DNA of 64,000 nt from a virus. Lineage: Duplodnaviria; Caudoviricetes. The notes beneath the pieces were generated by a model. The model did not search any database, was not told the DNA's origin, and saw only the letters and a list, made by a program, of their open reading frames with translations. The first letter of the stretch is position 1, and each line of letters begins with the position of its first letter. Below, piece by piece: positions 1 through 9,829 of this stretch. Made by a program: the position numbers and the translations under genes. The DNA is taken from IMG/VR virus record IMGVR_UViG_3300020577_007420, positions 1-64,000 of that record; one strand, written 5' to 3'.

Positions 1-3000
1 TGGTGTGCCTTTATACTGAATGAGGATGTAGAGGAGATGCCTATCCATCATAGTAAGGAGAATCTTACTAAAGAGGAGATAGAGATAATCAGAGCTTATA
101 GGAGAAATGATGTGAGGGTAACTGAAAAATTGTTTCAGCTAACCTTAGGTAACGTCGATATTCCTGAGTTAAAGGATTACAAGGGTAAGAACAAGATTCA
201 AGATAGATTCGACGTAATGCAGGAGACTGGTTTACAGTGTCTTAACTGGAGTGATGTAAAGATTGGTGAAGAGTGGAATAAGTTGGATTATATAAAGGAA
301 GAGAATATCTCTGACCCTAGAGATTTGTTCCCAAAGAAGGTAAAACATCCATTTGGTCAGAAGTTTAAGAACTACTTTCCTAAGCACGTTGAATTTGAGA
401 CTGACCAGCTTAAGGAGTTTGTGAAAAAGCTTGGTAATGAGTATGTTAAGAATATTAAGCAGGAATTTCCCATTAAGATAGGGAATACCACTTATACAGT
501 AGCCAAGGGAGGTTTGCATAGTACTGAGAAGCATAGACATATAACTGTACCAGAAGGATTTAGGTATGATGATGAGGATATTGGGTTAAATTGTGGCCCA
601 AGTAAAACCCTTTAAATTGACTGGGACAGCTTTAGAGTTTCATACACTCCCTCAAACAGTAATGATTTGAGTATAGTAAAAGAGATGAAAATTAGCCAAT
701 CAGCAGCCAAGTTACCAAGTTTGGTAAAAGGTTCAGAGACTAAACAGAGGGAATTTTTAACAATTTATTAACATGCATTACTTATCAGTATCCATAGAAT
801 ATCCTATATTGGATATATGAAATTGAGTACTGAACATAAGGGAAAAACTGGTATTTATGCTATAAGGAACAAAAGCAATGGGAAGGTATATATAGGAAAA
901 GCTCTTGATATTTATAGAAGAGTAAAGCACCATATAACAAGTCTCAATACTAAGAACAAAGATGAAAATAGACATCTGATAAATTCTTGGCATAAATACG
1001 GGAAAGAAAACTTTGAGTATTTTGTAGTTGAGTTTTGCAACACAGACGAAATCTCAGAACGAGAATTACATTGGATTAAATCCTTTGATTCTCTTAACAG
1101 AGAAAAGGGATATAACCTAAGACTTGATTCTTCAACTGGATTGGTAGTTTCTCAGGAAACGAGAGAAAAATTAAGACAGGCTCAAATTAAGAGATTTGAG
1201 AACCCAGAAGAGAGAAAAAAGTGTTCTCACACTTTCTGGAAAGATAATCCGGAAAAGCTAAAGGATATGGGTAAGAAAGTTGCAAAATTGAATGTAAGAT
1301 ATAAAATAGAACAAAGTGATAAGATAACAGGACAGATAATAAGGATATGGGAGTCTATTATTGAACTAATGGAAGTATACCCTGAGTATAAGAAGCATAA
1401 TATATATGCTGTTTGTTCTGGAGAAAAACCCTCAATGTATGGTTATAAATGGAAGAAAATTATGATATAGTCCGACCTTACTGGAGACAGTAAGATTAAC
1501 AAGGATATGCACAGTATCCTAATAGTATGGTAAAGTTTGAGATTTGTCCCCCTCACTTAAAGAAGACGTTCCTTCATCAGTATAAGGGCAAGATATCTAA
1601 GAGAATCTCATATAAGAAGACTGCAAAGGATTTGATAAAGGATGGTCAGAAAGAGAAGGCTCGTCCCCTTATGTCAGTTCAGGAGATGCTTAAGCTATGT
1701 CTTAATGGTGGTAATCTGAATTAAAACATAACTTTATTTGGTATTCTTAAAGCATTAGGAGAAAATAAACCATATAAAGGTTTGATTATAAAAGACAGCC
1801 TCCAATAAAAAATCGGATAAATTGCTGGAAACCCCTTAGTGAAAAGGGCAATCAGCAGCCAACCTACTGAATAGTATAAAAGTAAGTAGAAGGTTCAACG
1901 ACTAACTGGTGAGTAGCTAAAACAATAAACCAGACACGAACATCCGACACTAGAAATAGTGATGATATAGTCTGAACCACAGGTATATATAAAGCTGTGG
2001 ATATGAAGGATAAAGAGCCTTCATGATAACAAAATGGGTTACGGTAAGTTAGGACAAAGAGGCTCATTCCTTGAGTATCCGGAAGGTATGCTTAGAGTAA
2101 CTATGGGAAATCAGATGGAGATTCTGATGCTTATAGAAAAGCTAGAAATGTCTGGTTTTCAGGTACTTAGTGGAAACACTGAAACATTGGTGTTTTAAAA
2201 TTTGGTTAATTGCTGGGACACCCTTAGAGTCCTTAAGCTAAAACAAAAGAATGAAATATGTCTAAGTGTAAATGCTTAAAAATTAAGGAATTGGGCAATC
2301 AGCAGGGAAGCTCCGAACAGGAGAACCTTCAACGACTATCCCGGAAGGGAGTACTCTGAAAAAGAGGAAAAGCCAAATATTATACCATCTGTATAAAATA
2401 ATACTACAGATGGTTTGGTAATTTCGTAAAATTTTTGTAAATTAGTAGAAATACTAATTATGAAAATAGAAGTTACTCAAGAAGTTCTAAAAAAATGGGG
2501 AGTTTATAAAATAACAAATATAATAAGCGGAAAATTTTATATAGGTTCCACTATAGAATCCTTTAAAAAAAGATTATCAAAACATATAAGTTGCTATTCA
2601 TTATGGAGTATAGGATTAAGAGATACGTGCGATTGTCCTATCTTATATAATGCTCTGAAGAAATACGGAGTTGATAATTTTAAATTTGAGATTCTCAGGT
2701 GCTTTGAAAAAAAGAAAGAATCAAAAATATGTAAAAAGATAGCTAATTATTTAGAGGAAAAATATATAAATAGCTTATCTCCAGAATATAATATTTGTAG
2801 ATTACCTACGCTGTCAGGCTGTCCAAATCTTGGTAGAAAATTATCGCAAGAATGGAAAGACGCTATAGCTAGTAAGTCTAAATTGTATAAACACTCAAAT
2901 AACCAAAATATATATCTAAATAAAAAACAGCAAAATAAAGATTTAAGTTCTATATATGAAGTAACGAAGGGAGGTAAAGTGTTTAAAGGTTCTGCAGTAG

Positions 3001-3981
3001 ATTGTTCACAACACCTTAACATATCACTTCCTATATTTTATTCCCCTTCTTCTAAGAAAAAATATAGAATTGTAAAAATTAAATCTCAAAAGAAGAAAAT
3101 TAAAATATCAGATGGCAAAGATGTTAAAATTTTTAATTCTTTTGGCGAGTGTGACAGATTTCTAAATATGTGGAGAGGATTTACTTCTACACAAGTTGTT
3201 AATAAAAAAGATAGAATACTTGGTTATAAATATGAACTTTTATAATAAAGATATAGTCTAATCCTTAGAGAAATTTAAGGTAGTAATGGATGGTATATCA
3301 GTTTATTATCCTGAGAGTAAACGTCAGGAGTTTCTTGAAATATGTGAGTGGTGGGAGAAGAAGGTTGGGAACTTTGAGATGGGTAAGTTGGAAGAAACTC
3401 CATTTAAAGAAGTATGGCAGGAATCTATCAACCACTATATTGCAAAGAAGGAAGATGGAGTGAAGAAGAAGGGTAGATTTGCCACAGAATTTGAACTGCA
3501 CAAAAATAAGAGTAAGCGTATAATTCCTATGGCTTTAGAAGCTTACTTTATTAATAAGAAAGACCCTGCAGAGTTTATCAGAAGTCATAAGAATATATAT
3601 GATTTCTGTATAGCAAAGAAGGCTGCTGGTAAAATGTACTATGAAGAACAGTGGCAGGAGGATGGCAAGACGATGACAAAAACGCACAAGAAGCTGGTAA
3701 GATATTTTATCTCAACCAATGGAACTGTTCTGTATAAAAGAGGGTTAAACAATAACGGTGACCCCGTGAACAATCACTGTGAAGCAGAAACAGATATTGG
3801 ACAACCTCTTGTGACGTATTTTAATAAGTTCTTTGAGAGTGATGATTATCACATTGATTATGACTACTATATACTGGAAACTTTAGAGAGAATAGATGCT
3901 ATTGAGAAAACAAGAAAAGCAAAAGCATTTGTAGATTCTATAAGGAGTAAGACAGGAGGTAGTCAATTAAGTTTATTTTAA
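1..3981 (+). CDS. polB: Family B DNA polymerase (5' end outside window), split by three group I introns; exons <1..586, 1510..1712, 2037..2180, 3289..3981
   Basis: Frame is open from base 1. Joining the exons restores motif A (DEDIG-S-QYPNS), motif B (KLCLNGG-GYGKLG) and motif C (SGNT-DGISV) in frame. Each junction follows the exon-U / intron-terminal-G rule. Confidence 0.9.
587..1509 (+). mobile_element. Group I intron 1 in polB motif A
   Basis: P1: exon TTGGGT pairs with GCCCAA (U.G at splice site). Core elements AATCAGCAGCC, GTTCAGAGACTA and GATATAGTCC; ends in G before CACAGTATCCT. Confidence 0.9.
817..1470 (+). CDS. Intron-encoded GIY-YIG homing endonuclease
   Basis: GIYAIRNKSNGKVYIG motif and NUMOD-like C-terminus. 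The stop codon overlaps the intron S element (ATGATATAG). Confidence 0.9.
   Translation: MKLSTEHKGKTGIYAIRNKSNGKVYIGKALDIYRRVKHHITSLNTKNKDENRHLINSWHKYGKENFEYFVVEFCNTDEISERELHWIKSFDSLNREKGYNLRLDSSTGLVVSQETREKLRQAQIKRFENPEERKKCSHTFWKDNPEKLKDMGKKVAKLNVRYKIEQSDKITGQIIRIWESIIELMEVYPEYKKHNIYAVCSGEKPSMYGYKWKKIMI
1713..2036 (+). mobile_element. Group I intron 2 in polB motif B, without an intact ORF
   Basis: Core AAATTGCTGGAAA, AATCAGCAGCC, GTTCAACGACTA and GATATAGTCTG; ends ...ACAAAATG before GGTTACGGTAAG (GYGK). The 5' splice site could be 1709 instead of 1712. Confidence 0.85.
2181..3288 (+). mobile_element. Group I intron 3 in polB motif C (NT|DG)
   Basis: P1: GGAAACACT pairs with GGTGTTTT. Core AATTGCTGGGA, AATCAGCAGGG, TTCAACGACTA and AAGATATAGTCT; terminal G precedes GATGGT. 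Confidence 0.9.
2460..3245 (+). CDS. Intron-encoded GIY-YIG homing endonuclease
   Basis: GVYKITNIISGKFYIG motif; lies inside intron 3, preceded by TTTG-N20-TAAATTAG (2414-2445). Confidence 0.88.
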   Translation: MKIEVTQEVLKKWGVYKITNIISGKFYIGSTIESFKKRLSKHISCYSLWSIGLRDTCDCPILYNALKKYGVDNFKFEILRCFEKKKESKICKKIANYLEEKYINSLSPEYNICRLPTLSGCPNLGRKLSQEWKDAIASKSKLYKHSNNQNIYLNKKQQNKDLSSIYEVTKGGKVFKGSAVDCSQHLNISLPIFYSPSSKKKYRIVKIKSQKKKIKISDGKDVKIFNSFGECDRFLNMWRGFTSTQVVNKKDRILGYKYELL

Positions 3982-3989
3982 AGAAGGTA

Positions 3990-4104
3990 AGTTAGATGGT
4001 GGAATTGGTAGACACAGAGTTTATGGTTGTAATGCAGATAACAACTGGTCACGCAGCGAGATAGCGTACTCTTTCTGTTGCAGGTTCGAATCCTGCTCTA
4101 ACTA
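3990..4104 (+). ncRNA. tRNA-like RNA with an expanded (47-nt) anticodon region
   Basis: 7-bp acceptor stem AGTTAGA/TCTAACT; D arm GTG-GAATTGGTAGA-CAC; T arm GCAGG-TTCGAAT-CCTGC; stem AGAGT/ACTCT encloses 47 nt instead of 7. Confidence 0.7.
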
Positions 4105-4117
4105 CAAAATCAATAGT

Positions 4118-4321
4118 ATGGAATATATTATACCAAAAGAAAAATTAACATCAATAATATTTGATGATGAGAAAAATGAACTATCAATAAACTGGTGGAC
4201 GGGTGGTCATGAGGGTGCCGTGTGTGGGATAGTAGTAAAAGCAGAGTTAGTAGATAAGAAAATATCTCCATATAGAGCACCTGTTATTGAACATGACCCA
4301 AACTATAATAATTCATTTTAA
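4118..4321 (+). CDS. Hypothetical protein
   Basis: Compact ORF in a co-directional gene run. Confidence 0.6.
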   Translation: MEYIIPKEKLTSIIFDDEKNELSINWWTGGHEGAVCGIVVKAELVDKKISPYRAPVIEHDPNYNNSF

Positions 4322-4330
4322 TTTATAATT

Positions 4331-4636
4331 ATGAAAGCAGAACCTAGCGTACTTAACCAGAAACTTAAAGAAGCTGGTTATAAGTTTCTTGGATGGCAGA
4401 ATGGCTGGAAACACGTCTATTTTGATGAGGATGGAAACCAGACTACTGGAGATGCATCTAAGGGAGAAAAGCCAAAGAGAACATTTGGTTATACCAAGGA
4501 AGACTATCCTGAGTATGGAAATTGTGTAGATAGTGGTCACCAGCGTGATAATATATCTCATGATAATAGAGGCAGTGAGCATACTGTGAGCTGTGATATT
4601 TGTAAGATTTACTGGAAATACGATTCAAGTGACTAA
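4331..4636 (+). CDS. Hypothetical protein with C-terminal Cys/His cluster
   Basis: ORF track; C..H and CxxC residues near the C-terminus. Confidence 0.65.
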   Translation: MKAEPSVLNQKLKEAGYKFLGWQNGWKHVYFDEDGNQTTGDASKGEKPKRTFGYTKEDYPEYGNCVDSGHQRDNISHDNRGSEHTVSCDICKIYWKYDSSD

Positions 4637-4646
4637 AAACAATAAT

Positions 4647-4889
4647 ATGAAACAAATACTTTTAATTGATGAGTGTGGTTCCCCTGAGCACCAACTCATA
4701 TTTACAACATTTCCCGAAGACAAGGAGGATAATTTTGTGTATATACAGATACATCTGTGTAAGGCCCCTTTCTGGAAGAGATTAATAAGAGGTATCAAGT
4801 ATATCTTTGGTCATACGTCCAGATATGGTCACTTTGATGAGATGATATTTGACAAGGATGAACTAAAAAGTACAATAAACGAGTTATGA
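4647..4889 (+). CDS. Hypothetical protein
   Basis: Likely ATG start at 4647 within track ORF 4593..4889; stop overlaps next start. Confidence 0.6.
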   Translation: MKQILLIDECGSPEHQLIFTTFPEDKEDNFVYIQIHLCKAPFWKRLIRGIKYIFGHTSRYGHFDEMIFDKDELKSTINEL

Positions 4890-5113
4890 GAAAATTATTT
4901 CTGGATGATTTCAGAACAGTAACAATGGCCCAAACATATGCTCATCCTAGAGATAGGCATTTCTATAATGGAGAATGGGATATTGTTAGGAGCTATACTC
5001 CCGAACAGGAGGAAGAAGGAGCACTTTTAACAGTTTTCTTAGATGGAAAGTTGGTAAAAGAGTATACCTTAGAAGAAATAAGAGAACGAATTAAACGTAA
5101 TTTATATGAGTAA
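4886..5113 (+). pseudogene. Chimeric ORF: N-terminus of a receiver-like (LFLDD) protein fused to a NAMPT-like C-terminal tail
   Basis: MRKLFLDDFR...WDIVRSY is followed abruptly by TPEQEEEGALLTVFLDGKLVKEYTLEEIRERI, which resembles the end of nicotinamide phosphoribosyltransferases. Confidence 0.55.
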
Positions 5114-5411
5114 AGCAGAGATAAAACACCTGAGAGCTCTTATTAAACATATGAGAGTTGTGAAATACTCGGAAGGTATATGTGTAGCTTTGGGTGATAT
5201 AGCATACAAGAAAAAAGGAGGTTATATGAACTGTCCATGGACTGGTTGGAATGGGCTACTAAGATATTATCCTATATTCAAAAAGTATAAGGCCCCTAAA
5301 CATAGTACGTTTTCTCAGTCAACAAGAAAGAAGGTAATTGAGAGTTTGGCTGCTAAGCTAAATAAAAAGAAGGACCCTTATATTAATTCACACATCTTCA
5401 ATGACTTATAA
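5106..5411 (+). CDS. Hypothetical protein
   Basis: ORF track; start overlaps upstream stop. Confidence 0.6.
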   Translation: MSKAEIKHLRALIKHMRVVKYSEGICVALGDIAYKKKGGYMNCPWTGWNGLLRYYPIFKKYKAPKHSTFSQSTRKKVIESLAAKLNKKKDPYINSHIFNDL

Positions 5412-5422
5412 AATTTGAATAA

Positions 5423-5833
5423 ATGAAATATGAAGTTGATAGTCAATTCATCAGAGAGGCTTATAAAGATGCCTGTCCTGAGTGGAAAGAAAGAATTAAG
5501 GCAAAATTTCCACAAGTATTCGATATAGAAAAACAAGTAAGTGAATTAGAGGAATACAAAGAATTCAAAAAGGTATCTTTTGGAACAGATTCTTTATTAT
5601 TCATAGATGACTCTATTCTAATAGAGCTTCCTAAATCCAATTCAGGATGGAGTAAAGCAGCTTTTAAATTAGCCATAAAGTTAATGGATGAACGTATTGC
5701 TTACCCAGAACATACTGATTATAGGGAAGGATTCATAAGTAGAAATAATGATATATCCTTCAAACAAGGTAAGATAAGTAATAGGAATGAAGTAGACTTT
5801 ATACTAATGAAATCAATTAAGAAGGGGTCATAA
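5423..5833 (+). CDS. Hypothetical protein
   Basis: ORF track; followed by terminator. Confidence 0.65.
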   Translation: MKYEVDSQFIREAYKDACPEWKERIKAKFPQVFDIEKQVSELEEYKEFKKVSFGTDSLLFIDDSILIELPKSNSGWSKAAFKLAIKLMDERIAYPEHTDYREGFISRNNDISFKQGKISNRNEVDFILMKSIKKGS

Positions 5834-5848
5834 GCCCCTTCTTTTTTT
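5821..5848 (+). terminator. Intrinsic terminator
   Basis: GAAGGGG-loop-CCCCTTC followed by a T run. Confidence 0.8.
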
Positions 5849-5869
5849 CAAATTAAAAACTAAAATTGT

Positions 5870-6067
5870 ATGGCAAAGAAAGAAATTGTTAGTATCTTTA
5901 CAGTTACTGAACTGAAGACTGGTAAGCAAATTGAAGAGGCTATTATTGGATGTGGACAGGAGGCTATACGATATCTACGTAAGCAGTACCCTAAGTTTAC
6001 CAAATTTGTATTGGATGGCTTTGAGGTAGATGGCCAATTTTTCCCTCTACAGTTAAAGATAAAATAG
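5870..6067 (+). CDS. Hypothetical protein
   Basis: ORF track. Confidence 0.6.
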   Translation: MAKKEIVSIFTVTELKTGKQIEEAIIGCGQEAIRYLRKQYPKFTKFVLDGFEVDGQFFPLQLKIK

Positions 6068-6068
6068 T

Positions 6069-6686
6069 ATGATTGATATTGAAAAGTACAAGGAGATTTT
6101 AAATCAGGGACTTCTTCTTGACCACTATAATCTTCTCCAATCTATTCACAACAAGACTGAAATTCTTGACAACAAGAGAATTAGAGGATTTTCTAATCTT
6201 CTTAGTAAGAAGGGATACCTAGATGAGGGTGAGCTTACTGATAAGGCAAAGAATCTTATTGCTACAGTTCCTGTAATCCCTACAAAAGTTGCAGTTGTTG
6301 CAAATACTCCACCCAAAATAAAGATGGATTATGGCTCTTGGATAGTTTCTTTACATAAGAAGTGTGAAGAAAAACTATTGCTAGCTACAGGCAAGAGACA
6401 AGTAAGGGACTCAATAAATGGGAAACCTTATTCATTTCTTCCAAATGCAACCGATTTGGGAAAGGTCATACTTAGAGCTATGAAAATGTATTCTCTTGAT
6501 GAGTATGATAGAATTGAGAGAACAATTCTTCTGTATATTGATAAGTGTATAAAGGCAAAGAATTGGTTTCCAATACTTCAATATTACATTTTTAAGAATA
6601 ATATGAGCCCTATGGTTACAGATATGGAAAATCTTGAGAGTGACGAGAATGAGGCAAAATCTGATGATACAATTGTAAACATATGA
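6069..6686 (+). CDS. Hypothetical protein upstream of the replicative helicase (possible initiator/loader)
   Basis: 205-aa ORF with ATGA overlap to the helicase; function inferred from position only. Confidence 0.6.
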   Translation: MIDIEKYKEILNQGLLLDHYNLLQSIHNKTEILDNKRIRGFSNLLSKKGYLDEGELTDKAKNLIATVPVIPTKVAVVANTPPKIKMDYGSWIVSLHKKCEEKLLLATGKRQVRDSINGKPYSFLPNATDLGKVILRAMKMYSLDEYDRIERTILLYIDKCIKAKNWFPILQYYIFKNNMSPMVTDMENLESDENEAKSDDTIVNI

Positions 6687-9535
6687 GTGAATTTGATAAA
6701 CTTACGCAAGAGGTAGCTGATGGTATGCAGGGTAAGAATGAAGCTATCCCAATTGGACTACCTAGACTAGGTAAATATGCCAACTGGAGGAAGAGAATTT
6801 TTACATTACTATTTTCATCTACTGGTGCTGGTAAAAGTAGCCTTGCTGATGATATGATTCTTAACGCCTGTGAATGGTGTATAAAGAATTCAAAAACAAC
6901 AGGAAGGAAGATTAAATTTATCCTTTTCTCAATGGAGAGAGCAAAACATTACCGAATAGCAAAGTGGGTAAGCAGGAGGATATTTCTTGATGAGGGATTG
7001 GTTATACCTATTCCCAAACTGCTTGGTTGGTGGCATGAAAAGCTAACAGACCAAGAATTTGAGTTATTCTCAAGATATAAGGATTATGTTGAGGCACTAC
7101 TTGAGGAGTACATTGATATATATGAGGGAGCCAGAAGTGGCCCGGATATATACCGTATTCTAAAGGAGTACTTTGAGAAAAATGGGGAGTATAAAACTCA
7201 CCCTGACAATCCCTATAAGAAGATTTATATCCCTGATGACCCTAACATCATTGTTGTTCCTGTAATAGACCACGGTAACCTTACTAAGAGAACAAAGGAG
7301 TATCCTACTAAGAAACAAGCAGTAGATAATCTTTGTGAGTTGATGCAGGGATTCCGTGACTTGGAGGGAGCATCTCCCTTCTGGATTGCTCAGGTAGGTA
7401 GAAGTATCTCTAATCCATTGAGATTGAAGGATACAGAGGCAGAATTGACACTGGATGATAAACTAAAATAAATTTGGAAATGTCGTCTAGAAGTGTTAAA
7501 TTAATCTAGAAATAACACTTATAGATATATGCAAAAGGAAAAACACACTGCAAAGTATGCAGAAATAGAAGCTCTTTGGAAAGAAGGAAAAAGTAGAAAT
7601 TTTATAAAGGAAAAGTTTGGATTAAGTTCCTCAATAGTTCATACTATACTTAAAAGACTTAATCTAGAAAATAAACCTAAAAGGTCAGTAAATCTTACTG
7701 CTCATCAGAAAAGTGTCTTGATTGGTACTATATTAGGTGATACACATATATTGAAAGGTAGTAAGTTTACAAGTAGTATTAATTTTGCTCACTGTGAAAA
7801 ACAGAAAGATTTTTATGATGGCAAAGTTGAAATACTTAGCTCATTAGGTATATCTTATAATAAAGAACATAACTATTTTGATAAAAGAACAAACAGATAC
7901 TACAAAAGATATGTTTTTACATCGCATAGTTGTATCGAGCTTAAAGAATTACGTTATATATTTTATCCAGATGGTAAAAAAGTTCTGCCTATAGAATATC
8001 TGAGAGATAATTTTAATATAGTGTCTTTAGCTTACCTTTATATGGATGATGGAAATACATCTAAGTATAATACTATAATTTCTACACAATCTTTTGATTT
8101 AGAAAATCTTAAAGATTTTGTCTTGTTGTTAAAAGATAAATTTAATTTAGATTTTACCATACAAAAAAATGGTACAATAAGATTAAAACAAAAAGATGTT
8201 CCTAAATTTAAAGAATTAATAAAAGAAGAAGTTTCTAAATTTCCTTGCATGACATACAAACTTTAATGTCATCTCTAAACTCCGTTAAACGGGGAAAGTC
8301 TGTAGTGAAACAGATAATCCCGTGCTAAATTAAGTAGGAATACTTATAAATGCCTAACGACTAGTAAAATCATATTTTAGTACATCAGTAAATAATTACA
8401 AAGATGGAAGAATTGAATAAAGAGCAAATTTTAGTTTTAAATCTTTGTTTAGGAGATGGACATTTAAAAAAAGATTACACAATTTCTTTTGTACACTCTC
8501 CTAAGCAGTTGGATTATCTTAATTACAAAAAAGAACTATTAGAAAAAACAGAGTCGTTTAAACGAGCAACTGGAAAAAAGACAATTGGGATTAAATCCTA
8601 TATTACAAATTTTGAAGGTAAATCGTTTTTACAATATAGGTACTCTCTTACTAAGGTAAGTATTGTAAAACCTGTTTATAATCTATTAGTAAAAAATGGT
8701 AAAAAGACAATCTCAGAGAATATAATTAAATACTTCAATTTACAAACATTAGTCTTTTTGATGTTTGATGATGGAGGAGAAGTACGAGCCAAAAAAAGAA
8801 GGTATTCAATTAAAAGGAATATTGAATATATTTATAATGAACCACCTTCTTACAGGCTTAACACTCACTCTTTCTCAAGAGAAGAAAATGTGTTAATCAT
8901 TCAATGGTTAAAAGATATGTTCCAAATTGAAGGAAAATTGTATTTAAATAAAGAAAGGTTTATTATTAGATTTAATTCTAAGGAAAGTTTGAAAATTTGG
9001 AATCTTATTAAAAGTGAAGTTTCCAAAATTGATAGTATGAAAATCAAATTTTCTTGGAGTATTCAAAAATATGGTTTGCAGTGAGTCCAGACCGGACAAT
9101 AAAATCTGCCAAGAAAGCGGGGGAACGCCTTAGAAAGGACGAAGATATAGTCTGAACCATAGATATATGTAAAACTATGGATGTGAAAGATAAACAGCTT
9201 TCACGATAACAAAAATGGTTAAAGAATCAGGTGATATGGGAGATGCCTGTGATATTGCATTGTCATTATTTGACCCAGTTAAGTATAAGCAGGGCAGTAA
9301 AACAGGTTATAATCCTATGGAGTTTCTTGACAAAACAAACGGTGCAAAATATTTTAGAAGTATCCAGATATGTAAATCATCTTATGGTGAGGATGACCTA
9401 CGTATACCTTTGGCTTTCAATGGTTTCTGTGGTCAGTTCAAAGAATTACCAAGGAGAGATTCTCTATCAGATGGAGCACTTCACTCATTAGTAGAAAGTG
9501 TGAAAGATAGGTCATTCTTTCTACAACAACCATAA
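6683..9535 (+). CDS. dnaB: DnaB-like replicative helicase; exons 6683..7459 and 9218..9535
   Basis: Walker A SSTGAGKS; AQVGRS motif. Splicing restores ELTLDD-VKESGDMGDACD (DnaB-type motif). Confidence 0.85.
7529..8266 (+). CDS. LAGLIDADG homing endonuclease (first ORF of intron 4)
   Basis: LIGTILGDTHI and LAYLYMDDG motifs; N-terminal HTH-like segment. Confidence 0.82.
   Translation: MQKEKHTAKYAEIEALWKEGKSRNFIKEKFGLSSSIVHTILKRLNLENKPKRSVNLTAHQKSVLIGTILGDTHILKGSKFTSSINFAHCEKQKDFYDGKVEILSSLGISYNKEHNYFDKRTNRYYKRYVFTSHSCIELKELRYIFYPDGKKVLPIEYLRDNFNIVSLAYLYMDDGNTSKYNTIISTQSFDLENLKDFVLLLKDKFNLDFTIQKNGTIRLKQKDVPKFKELIKEEVSKFPCMTYKL
8404..9084 (+). CDS. LAGLIDADG homing endonuclease (second ORF of intron 4)
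   Basis: VLNLCLGDGHL and LVFLMFDDG motifs. Confidence 0.82.
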   Translation: MEELNKEQILVLNLCLGDGHLKKDYTISFVHSPKQLDYLNYKKELLEKTESFKRATGKKTIGIKSYITNFEGKSFLQYRYSLTKVSIVKPVYNLLVKNGKKTISENIIKYFNLQTLVFLMFDDGGEVRAKKRRYSIKRNIEYIYNEPPSYRLNTHSFSREENVLIIQWLKDMFQIEGKLYLNKERFIIRFNSKESLKIWNLIKSEVSKIDSMKIKFSWSIQKYGLQ

Positions 9536-9538
9536 TCA

Positions 9539-9829
9539 ATGACAAAGGATGAATATTTAGAGCTATTGAAGCTCCCAGAGATACCCATTTCTATATGGTT
9601 TGAGTACTATAGAGAAAGAGGTGGTATTGTTGACGACATTAATGAATTTCAGAAGATGTTCTTTACAGCTATCTCAAATGAGTGGGTCACTGATAGTCCA
9701 TCTGGTGTTAAGAAGATTACTCTAACCAGTGCTCTTCATAATTTTTATTCCTATTATAACAAAAAATTTGAAATGGATGAATATAAGAGACCTGAGACAG
9801 AAGGAGGCCGTCAGTTCGTATTTATATGA
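9539..9829 (+). CDS. Hypothetical protein
   Basis: ORF track. Confidence 0.6.
   Translation: MTKDEYLELLKLPEIPISIWFEYYRERGGIVDDINEFQKMFFTAISNEWVTDSPSGVKKITLTSALHNFYSYYNKKFEMDEYKRPETEGGRQFVFI

Larger units (their letters stand above)
7460..9217 (+). mobile_element. Group I intron 4 in the helicase, carrying two endonuclease ORFs
   Basis: P1: CTGGATGAT pairs with GTCGTCTAG. One core set (AAACGGGGAA, AATCCCGTG, TAACGACTAG, GAAGATATAGTCTG); ends ...ACAAAAATG. Confidence 0.88.

Noticed and set aside
1527-1724. Track ORFs 1527..1724, 3286..3981, 9215..9535, 22009..23910 and 26126..26353 as independent genes
   Set aside because: They are downstream exons of intron-split genes.
3990-4104. Calling the tRNA-like element a normal tRNA with a defined anticodon, or a tmRNA
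   Set aside because: No 7-nt anticodon loop can be assigned, and it is too short to hold a tmRNA tag reading frame.
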